From: Gemmata obscuriglobus
Lineage (GTDB): Bacteria; Planctomycetota; Planctomycetia; Gemmatales; Gemmataceae
DNA: 32,000 bases
Direction of reading: 5' to 3'
NCBI RefSeq assembly: GCF_008065095.1
Contig: NZ_CP042911.1
Location: 8,370,001 to 8,402,000 of the forward strand
The position numbers and the translations under genes were made by a program. Position 1 is the first letter of the stretch; each line of letters opens with the position of its first letter. Below the pieces are notes generated by a model that saw nothing but the letters and a program-made list of their open reading frames with translations, was not told where the DNA came from and searched no databases. Of the stretch, positions 16,137 to 23,500 are shown one piece after another.

Positions 16137-16289
16137 TCAGACGGACCGGCCGGGGCGCGGGGCCTCGGGTTCGCGCCGGCCGACCACTTTGGTGGTGTGC
16201 ATCAGGTACACCAGTTCGAGCAGCGTTTCGGTAACGGGACGGGCGGGCTTGCGGGCGGCCTTCGTGGTCTTCTTTTGGGTGGCGTTCAT
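16137..16289 (-). CDS. Possible small basic protein (50 aa), doubtful
   Basis: ATG at 16289 gives MNATQKKTTKAARKPARPVTETLLELVYLMHTTKVVGRREPEAPRPGRSV. A GC hairpin (plus-strand 16083-16109) lies 3' of the stop. However, the same frame is continuous with the GyrI-like pseudogene remnant upstream, so it may be read-through debris. Confidence 0.2.
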   Translation of the reverse strand: MNATQKKTTKAARKPARPVTETLLELVYLMHTTKVVGRREPEAPRPGRSV

Positions 16290-16439
16290 CGGAGCATCCT
16301 GTGCGGTTGAGGGCGGCGTCCGTTCGGTGTTGAACATTTGCACGCCGCGTGCCGGCCCGCACGGATTGAAAAAACGTGTTCCGCCGCCCAGATCGCTGTT
16401 CCATCCGGGCGGCGAAACGCGGTAGCATCCCACCAGCGG

Positions 16440-16832
16440 GCGGTTGAGTTCGTTGTGCCCGTCGACAGAGTTGTCGCTGGTTTCCGACTCGACAAGATAA
16501 CGTTCCCATAAATCTTCCCGCGGTACGTGGCCGCTGCTACCAGTCCACGCGCAGAACTCACCTCACGCTGCCCCCAACTCCTCGTAGCCGCCTTGCATCA
16601 AGGCCCGGGCCCCGCCCGGTCGGCTCGACCGGAGTCGCGACCGGTACGCAGGCGTCGAAGTCGGAAGTGTCCGTCAACCGGCCGGTGATGGGGGAACCAC
16701 AAGCCGGTGGGGCAACGCCCTGCGCACGGAGTGCGTCGTACACTTCACTGATGGCAGGCCCCATGACGGACTGGAGTTCGTTACGGACACGACCAGGGAG
16801 GCGCAGGCGAACAGTTGCGCGGGCACGTCGGC
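16440..16832 (-). pseudogene. GyrI-like (small-molecule-binding) domain gene with at least two frameshifts and an in-frame TGA
   Basis: Family-like pieces sit in three different minus-strand frames: VADVPAQLFACASLVVSV; then MGPAISEVYDALRAQGVAP...DFDACVPVATPVEPTG (track ORF 16558..16764); then ALMQGGYEELGAA-TGA(16563-16565)-GEFCAWTGSSGHVPREDLWERYLVE. The domain assignment is from motif memory only. Confidence 0.4.
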
Positions 16833-16845
16833 CACGGTTGGCGGG

Positions 16846-17322
16846 TCAGGCTTTACGGCGGTAGTGGGCGGTACAGAAGTGGTGCCACTGACCGTCGTCG
16901 CCGAGCAACCGCGATGTCAGCGTGCGGTGATCCGGGGACACGATCTCGATCGCGTCCTTGTACTTGGCGGTTTTGGTCGGGTCGGCGAAGTTCGGCCCGT
17001 CCGCGTCGAGCGTGAGCACCTTGCCGGCCGCGTCCAGTTCGCCCTCGTACACCCAGAGGTTGGTCATCATGGACCCGATGAACGTGCCCACGAACTTCTT
17101 TTTGGCCGGGTCGTAGCCGAGCGTCATCACGGTCCGGGCCGGGGAACCGTCGGGCATGGAACTCGTGCCCTCACACTGCACCCACACCCCCAGCGAGCGA
17201 ACAGTTTCGGTGTTGATTTGCTTGGTCGACGGTTGATCCTGGCCGCCGCCGTCCATCTCCATCACCCACTCGCCGACCAGTTGCTCCAACCACTTGTGCT
17301 CCTTTTGCGGTTCCGCGTGCAT
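16846..17322 (-). CDS. DUF1579 domain protein (158 aa)
   Basis: ATG at 17322 is preceded by GGAGG. The sequence MHAEPQKEHKWLEQLVGEWVMEM...VMTLGYDPAKKKFVGTFIGSMMTNLWVYEGELDAAGKVLTLDADGP...YKDAIEIVSPDHRTLTS matches the DUF1579 pattern. The upstream part of the track ORF (to 17667) is Arg/Ser-rich and rejected. Confidence 0.8.
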   Translation of the reverse strand: MHAEPQKEHKWLEQLVGEWVMEMDGGGQDQPSTKQINTETVRSLGVWVQCEGTSSMPDGSPARTVMTLGYDPAKKKFVGTFIGSMMTNLWVYEGELDAAGKVLTLDADGPNFADPTKTAKYKDAIEIVSPDHRTLTSRLLGDDGQWHHFCTAHYRRKA

Positions 17323-17515
17323 GGCAGCCTCCGTTGAGTGGGCGAAGCGAGGAAGGTAAGGGGGGCTTCCTGGCGTGTCGAGGTCAGCAGTCGGTTCTCG
17401 ATGACACATCGCCGTTCGTCCCGGCACGCGTGCCCGGCGCCGGGACGAACGGCGGGCCGTTGCGTAAAGTGCCAGCTTGCCGGGCCGGACCGACGCGGCT
17501 TCACCCGATCGAAGA

Positions 17516-18103
17516 ATGCCAATGACCGACTCGTGCTCCTTTGCCGTTGACGTATTCCGAACCGTGTGCGACCGGTTCGCCTCTAAAGCGCTTGATCTGC
17601 GGTTGCTGGTGGAAGCCGCCGTTCCGTTCGGGGAGTGGCTCAACCGCGAAGCCTTCCTGGCGTGCAAGCACCGGGAGGCGAGTTACCCGTTTTGCGAAGT
17701 CGCGGCCGAACCCACGTATACGAGCGAGGGCGTGCCGGACGACGACTCCAACCGCAACCGCGGGGACTTGCGTGTCGGCGGACCCGACAACGGTGCCCAC
17801 CACTGCTGGGCGTTCGCCGAATTCGTCCTCGTCCACGACGGGAACCGCGCGGGCGAAGAATGGCGGCGAACGTTCGTAAGCGTCACGGACCGGTTGCTGC
17901 GGCTCGGGTGGAAGAAGTCCGCCGCCCTCATGATTGTGGTGACGGCGAGCGGGAACAACCGATCGCCGGACCACACCGGCTGGGATCGGCCTTCGCTCAC
18001 CGATCCGTTCGTCATCCCGCTGCCGGGTGGCGGAACCGTCATCCTGACGGCGTTCGACATCAAGCAGAACCCGGCCGACACGCTCGTGGCGCCGGCCGGC
18101 TGA
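17516..18103 (+). CDS. Hypothetical protein (about 195 aa)
   Basis: Open frame with balanced composition (MPMTDSCSFAVDVFRTVCDRFASKALDLRLLVEAAVPFGEWLNREAFLACKH...). No motif recognised. Start chosen at Met 17516. Convergent with the M61 gene, with only 7 bp between the stops. Confidence 0.5.
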   Translation: MPMTDSCSFAVDVFRTVCDRFASKALDLRLLVEAAVPFGEWLNREAFLACKHREASYPFCEVAAEPTYTSEGVPDDDSNRNRGDLRVGGPDNGAHHCWAFAEFVLVHDGNRAGEEWRRTFVSVTDRLLRLGWKKSAALMIVVTASGNNRSPDHTGWDRPSLTDPFVIPLPGGGTVILTAFDIKQNPADTLVAPAG

Positions 18104-18110
18104 GGACGCG

Positions 18111-19994
18111 TCATTTCGCACGCGGTTTGAGGATTTCGCCCAGCACGTCCGCTTGCGACTGCACCCGCTCCAGGTCCAGGTAACGCAACCCGTCGGCGTA
18201 CTGCACCACTACAGTGCGGAAGTCCTCGCCGTCTTCGACCAGTAGCTCGACCTTCTTGCGGGCCACGCTGTCGGCGATGGCGTCCCGCAGCCGGTTCGCG
18301 CTGAACTTCTTGCCGTTAACGCCGATCACCTTCATACCCGGGGAAAGGCCCGCCTTATCCGCCGGTAGCCCCGGATCGACGCTCGCGATCACCCCGCCGG
18401 GCGCCGACATCCCCAGCGAGTCCGCGGCGGGGTTGTCCGGTGGCGCGCTCGGCCGCCCCGCGCCGGGCGCCTTGTCGGTGTACTTCAGCCGGTAGCCGAG
18501 CCGGTCCACCACCTCCAGCGGGAGCGACTCCTGCGGCGCCGCCACCCGCCGCTGGAGGAACGGCTCCCAGTCGTACTCGGCCGTCGCCTTCAGGTCCCGC
18601 ACCACGTCCGCGAGTTCGTACCCGGCGACCGTTTTTTTGCCCGGCACGGCCGCGAAGAACCGCTTGCAGAAGTCGTCGAGCGACTTCGCCCCCTCGGTCT
18701 TCTCACGGATGATGGCGTCGCACTCGTACCAGAGCAGCATCCCTTCCATGTAGAAGTCCTGCAGGCGGCGCAACTGGTTCCACGAGTTGCCGGGGTTGCG
18801 GGACAGGTGCGCCGCGACCGCGGTGTCCTCCAGGGGCCGCCACTGCCGCCCGGCGGTGCGGGACAGCGAGCGGATCTTGCCGGTCATCGTCAGCCGGTAC
18901 TCCTCCGGGGTGAGCAACCCGGCCCGCACCGACAGCACCTCTCCCAGGTACTCGGTCAGCCCCTCGTACACCCACAGCAGTTTGGTCTTCTGCGGGGTGT
19001 TGAAGTCCGGTGTGACCATCGCCGCCGGGCGCCGGTACTTGCCGCACCATGAGTGGGCGTACTCGTGCGGCAGCAGGTTCGCCAGCCACCACCCCTTGCG
19101 GAGCCGCTCGTCCACCAGCCCGCGTTCGCCTACCCCGTTGAGGCTGCACGACAGGTGCTCCAGCCCGAACTGGCCGAGGGTGTCGCTGCACACCACCAGG
19201 AAGTGGTACTCTGGGTAGTGCGCGACGCCGAACAGCGCCCACGCCTCCCGCACCAGCCGCGAGTACAGGTCCACGATCTTCGGGTCCAGGTTCAGCACCT
19301 CCGGCGATTCCGACGTCACGTGCAGGAACGCGGGCGGCCCGGCGCCGGCGTCGAGCTTGAACGTCTTCAGGTGCCGACCGGCGATGAGCGGGCAGTCCAC
19401 CAGCGTGGTGAGTGAGGCGGTGCCGAACGTCACGGCGTCGCCCTTGCCCTTCTCGCCGTCCGCCTTCAGCGCGGTGGCGTACTTCCACCCGGCGGGCAGT
19501 TGCAGCCGCACGTTCACCGGCTGGTCGTCGGCCGCCGGCCCCTCCGGGTAGAGCAGGCACGTGTTCCAGTTGATAACGCCGAGGTCCGGGGTGCCGACGG
19601 TGTGGGTGCTGGCGCGGTCCGCCCCGGCCGACTCGCAGACCGTGTCCAGTTTCACGCGGAGCTTGGTGGCGCCGTCCGGCACCGTGAGGACGAAGCGGTA
19701 AAGGTCCACCTCGTCGCGGGTCCAGCGCACGGCGGTGCCGTTGTCGGTCTCGATCCGGAGCCCGGCCACGTCCTCGACCCGGCCGTGCGGGCCGTGCGAG
19801 CCGGGGAACCACTTGGGGTACACCAGCCGCAGCGGGCCGGGTTTGCACGGGATGTCGAGCGTGGTGTGAACGAGTCGCCGCGGTAGTTCGCGGGCGTCAA
19901 CTTCGATGGCCAGCGCGGGCGCGTCGGCGCCAATCGCCGGGAGCACCGTGACGCACAGGGCCGCAACCGCGGCAGCGGAACGGACGAACGACAT
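18111..19994 (-). CDS. M61 family (glycyl aminopeptidase-like) metallopeptidase with C-terminal PDZ domain, secreted
   Basis: Signal peptide from Met 19994 (MSFVRSAAAVAALCVTVLPAIGADA). HExxH zinc motif in LLPHEYAHSWCGKYRRP. PDZ-like GGVIASVDPGLPADKAGLSPGMKVIGVNGKKF near the C-terminus. Confidence 0.85.
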   Translation of the reverse strand: MSFVRSAAAVAALCVTVLPAIGADAPALAIEVDARELPRRLVHTTLDIPCKPGPLRLVYPKWFPGSHGPHGRVEDVAGLRIETDNGTAVRWTRDEVDLYRFVLTVPDGATKLRVKLDTVCESAGADRASTHTVGTPDLGVINWNTCLLYPEGPAADDQPVNVRLQLPAGWKYATALKADGEKGKGDAVTFGTASLTTLVDCPLIAGRHLKTFKLDAGAGPPAFLHVTSESPEVLNLDPKIVDLYSRLVREAWALFGVAHYPEYHFLVVCSDTLGQFGLEHLSCSLNGVGERGLVDERLRKGWWLANLLPHEYAHSWCGKYRRPAAMVTPDFNTPQKTKLLWVYEGLTEYLGEVLSVRAGLLTPEEYRLTMTGKIRSLSRTAGRQWRPLEDTAVAAHLSRNPGNSWNQLRRLQDFYMEGMLLWYECDAIIREKTEGAKSLDDFCKRFFAAVPGKKTVAGYELADVVRDLKATAEYDWEPFLQRRVAAPQESLPLEVVDRLGYRLKYTDKAPGAGRPSAPPDNPAADSLGMSAPGGVIASVDPGLPADKAGLSPGMKVIGVNGKKFSANRLRDAIADSVARKKVELLVEDGEDFRTVVVQYADGLRYLDLERVQSQADVLGEILKPRAK

Positions 19995-20249
19995 AAGGTT
20001 TTTGCCCAGTTGGGTTAATTGCCGTCCCGCCAGCGTAACCGAGGCGGTCCCGCGCGGCCATGCTCTGGATGTGGGTTCCACCGAGTTCCTGCCCAAAGGA
20101 GGAGCCGCTTGCACGACCCAAATGGTCTGCGGTCAGCGAATGCGCAAGACATCGCGCTACATCTTTACAGATGGCACGGGACCGATGTTGACGTGTCCCG
20201 AGGGCGTGATGGGGTTTTGAGGCGTGTGATTCGGTGGGAGCAACCGCCC

Positions 20250-20298
20250 AGCGAATTGGTAGCGAATTGCCAGTCGGGCGGTAGCGAGTGTCCAGTCG
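20250..20298. repeat. Cluster of short direct repeats in the A2M-M61 intergenic region
   Basis: AGCGAATTG at 20250-20258 and 20261-20269, with a variant AGCGAGTGT at 20283-20291. CCAGTCG at 20270-20276 and 20292-20298. This is roughly a 22-nt unit, GGTAGCGA....CCAGTCG, occurring twice. Confidence 0.4.
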
Positions 20299-20303
20299 AT
20301 GAC

Positions 20304-20355
20304 CCCGTCGGTTGCGACCGATCGGCGCTGTAACGGGCGTTACAGCACCGACGGG
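20304..20355. other. Nested stem-loop structure
   Basis: CCCGTCGGT (20304-20312) pairs with ACCGACGGG (20347-20355). They enclose the hairpin GCTGTAACG-GG-CGTTACAGC (20327-20346) and a CCGATCGG palindrome. Confidence 0.45.
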
Positions 20356-20380
20356 CGGGGGCAAACTCACGATACGCTTT

Positions 20381-20503
20381 TGTGGTTTGGAGTGTGGCCC
20401 GCTCGCTCCGCGAGCGGTGCGATGCGGATCAGATCGACCACGGATGTTACCCGCCCGCACAGCGTTCCGCTCGCGGAGCGAGCGGGCCACATTCCAAACC
20501 ACA
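20381..20503. repeat. REP/MITE-like element: 37-bp inverted repeats (1 mismatch) separated by 49 bp
   Basis: The left arm is TGTGGTTTGGAGTGTGGCCCGCTCGCTCCGCGAGCGG (20381-20417). The reverse complement of 20467-20503 is TGTGGTTTGGAATGTGGCCCGCTCGCTCCGCGAGCGG. Each arm itself contains an 8-bp-stem hairpin, CCGCTCGC-nnn-GCGAGCGG. It lies 7 nt 3' of the A2M stop codon. Confidence 0.8.
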
Positions 20504-20510
20504 GCGGCGC

Positions 20511-23500
20511 TTACTTCGCCGTCACCTTCAGCACGAACGAGTCGCTGTGCCCGCCGCTGGCCGGCTGGTACATCAGTTCGCCGCGGGCCGGTGGGAGCGT
20601 GAACTCCCCCGCGAACTCGGTCAGCGCCACGAACTCCGCGGTCGCCGCGGGGGCCGTCTCGTAGTGGAAGCACGTCATCCCCTCGCGGTCCTCACGCAGC
20701 ACGTGCCCGCTGGCGGTGGGGAACCGTTTATCGGTCGCGGGGATCGTCTCGGCACCCGCCGGCTTCGGGCTCTCGATCAGGAAGAACTGGAGCGCCCCCG
20801 CGGACGGTGTGGCGGTCACGCGGACCTTCACGAAACTGCCGACCGGCACACTCGCGCCGCTCGCCAGCTCGGTCCAGTTCCCGTCCGCGCCGCGCACGCT
20901 CACGGTGCGCGTCATCTTGACGCCGTGGTCGCGGGCCGGTGTGGCCTCGCCGCTCGCGCGGGTGAACCGCACCTGCACCCGGACCAGCGCGCCGGCCGCC
21001 TCTGCGCCCCGCACTTCAATCGTGTTGTCACCGGGCTTCAGTGCGGCGCCCCCGAACGTCATTACCTTCGACGCGGTCGAATCGAGCGTCGCGCCGCCGC
21101 GCTCGGTGCCGTTGGCGAACACCTTGACAGATCCCAGCGCCGCCGGGCCGGCGCGGACCGCCGCCAGGTAGTCGCACAGCGCGTACAGCACGCACGCGGT
21201 GTCCTTCGTCGAGTCCCACCGGTCGCCGCGCTTGGTGCCGTGGAAGTACGCCAGCACGCCCGGGATCAGCGGGTCCGTGGGGTCACGCGCCACCAGCGCC
21301 TTCATCACCGTGGCGGTGACCTCCGTCGTGTTGTCGCCCCAGCGCGAGAACCCGGCCCGCGTCCAGAACACCCGCTCCCCCGAATTCTTCGCGCGGCGGT
21401 GCAGCTCCTTCGCCAGCTTGTCCGCCAGTGCCGGGTGCCGGTGCTTCACGGCCAGTTCGAGCGCCTGCGCGTGCCCGGTGTCGGACAGTTCCTTGTGGCC
21501 CGCAGTTTTGTCGATCCGCCCGAACCACGGGCTCAGGTCGATGCCCGCGGTCCGGAGGTGCTCGCCGCTCAGCCCCGCCACCCACAGGCAGAACAGCGCG
21601 TCGTTCACTTCAGTGGCATTGCGCCCGCCGGCCCCGAACGCCGTCCCCCACCCCCGGCTGATGGCAAGGTCCCACGGCCCGGCGGTGTGGTCGAGGTACT
21701 GCTTGAGGCGCGCCATCCCGCGGCCGATGGCGGTCGGGCTCGGGCACGGGTAACCCGCGTCCTCGGCCGCCAGCAGCCCGAACAGCGCGTAGGGCGTCAT
21801 CATCTCGTGGGTCTGGCCGCTCCCCTGCCAGCCCCACCCGCCGTCCGGCTGCTGGAGCTGGATGAGCCGCTTCTGCCCGGCGTCCACCACTTTCGGGAGC
21901 TTCTCCTCCAGCTCTTTGGTGACCCCAATTCCCGATTGCTTCAGGATGGCCGCCACCCGCAAGGCCGGCAGGAACCGGCTCATCGTCTGCTCGACACAGC
22001 CGTAGGGGTACTCGACCAGGTACGGAAGCGTGTCCGCGAGGTCGGCGGCGATTGTCGGCGCCACCGCTACCGTGACCTGCGCGGTCTTCGGGTTGAACCC
22101 CTCCGGCATCTCGAACGTGAGCGCGCCCCGGCCAACAACCCCGGACACGGTCACGCGCTCCGGTACGGCCGGGCTCGTGACCGGGATCTTTTTGAGCGCG
22201 GCATCGGTGCCGGCGTCGGACTTTACCGACATGAGCAGTTCGGTCGTGCCCGGCGCGCCCGCCTTATAGGTCCAGTACACGGGGACGGTGCCGTTCGCCG
22301 GCACCTTCAGCACCTGCTCGGCCGCCGAGAGCACCCGCCCGTTCTCCGCCCGCAGGTGCGCCCGGACGTTCTGCTCCTGGTCGCTCAGGTTGTGGACCGT
22401 GCCGAACACGCGGGCCACGTCCCCCTCGGCGAACGCCCGCGGGAGCATCGGCCAGATCATCACCAGGCGCGAGGTCTCGAACCGGGCCGTCGCGGTACCG
22501 ACGTGCATCTTCGGCGAGACCGCGGTCACCTGGACGCGCCAGCCGGTCAGCGCGTCCGGCACCTTGAAGGTTGCCGTCGCGGCGCCGGCCCGGTCGGTGC
22601 GCAGGCTCGCGCTCCAGAACGCGCTGTCGGCGCGGTCACGGCGCACCAGTTCTTCGCCCGCCCCGAGCCCGGGCTCAGCGGCACCGGGGAGCGGTCCGCC
22701 GGCCAGCCCGACCGGTCCCGGTGGCGGCGCGACTTCCGCCCCGCCGGCGCCGGGGCGCGGGGCATTGCCGTGCCCCGCCACACCGCCACCAATACCGCCG
22801 ATGCCACCCGCGATACCGCCGCCGAACCCGCCATTGATGCCGGCGAACCCGCCGCCGAACCCGCCGATGCCGTTGCCGAGGTTGCCGTACTGGCCGAGCT
22901 GGCCGCCCCCGACGCCCGAGAACCCGCCGCCCGAGAACCCGGCGATTCCGAACTGCCCGTTGGGCTGATAGCCGCCACAGTTGAACCCGCCACAGAAACT
23001 ACCGGACGGCATGCTTCCGCTGCATCCGAACCCGTAGCACGGCACCGCCTGGTTCAGGTTACCGCGGTGCCCGGCCCACGGATCGGGGCCGTTGTGGGGA
23101 ACCAGCCCGATCAGCACCTCGGTGCCGATCACCGCGGCCGAGAGGCGCTGCCGCGTCTCTTCCGCGACCGCGTCGGGCCGGAACAGGTCGGCGAGCAGGG
23201 CGGCCTTCGGCACCTTCCATTGCGGCGCCTGAGGGTGAGAAGGCTGTGCCACGTACACCGTGAACCCGGCGAGCCGCACAAGCGTGACAATGTCGCCCAG
23301 CGTGAGCACCCCTGCGGGGCCGCTTTGCGCGAGGTGCTGGAGCTGGTGCTCCACCCCCGGCTCCTTCGCGAGCGCGGCCTTATCCGCCAGCAGCTTGCGG
23401 GCCTTCGCGACCAGTTCAGCGACACCGACCGAGCCCAGGCGCGTCGCGACCAGATCGCGGGCGGCCCGGCCGCGGCCCCGCGCGTCCGCCAGGAACCGGC

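Noticed and set aside
15591-16509. Track ORFs in the low-GC island (15591..15872, 15756..15962, 15901..16509, 15979..16425)
   Set aside because: They have no host-like third-position G/C bias and no recognisable motifs. They overlap one another in mutually exclusive ways, so they are treated as non-coding.
16563-16565. In-frame TGA in the GyrI-like remnant as possible selenocysteine or recoding
   Set aside because: The gene also has frameshifts on both sides. No SECIS-like hairpin follows the TGA, and the family is not known for selenoproteins.
20215-20230. 16-nt exact match TTTTGAGGCGTGTGAT shared with the ISAs1 leader (9585-9600)
   Set aside because: Similarity does not extend beyond the 16-mer on either side. 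A single 16-mer match is within what chance can produce when all position pairs in a 32-kb compositionally biased window are considered. I do not call an ISAs1 remnant here.
22650-23045. Repetitive GGC/GGG/TTC-rich DNA that might look like a tandem repeat or CRISPR-like array
   Set aside because: The units are irregular in length and have no spacer/repeat periodicity. The stretch is in frame within the A2M ORF, so it is coding low-complexity sequence. It is reported instead as a protein-level finding.
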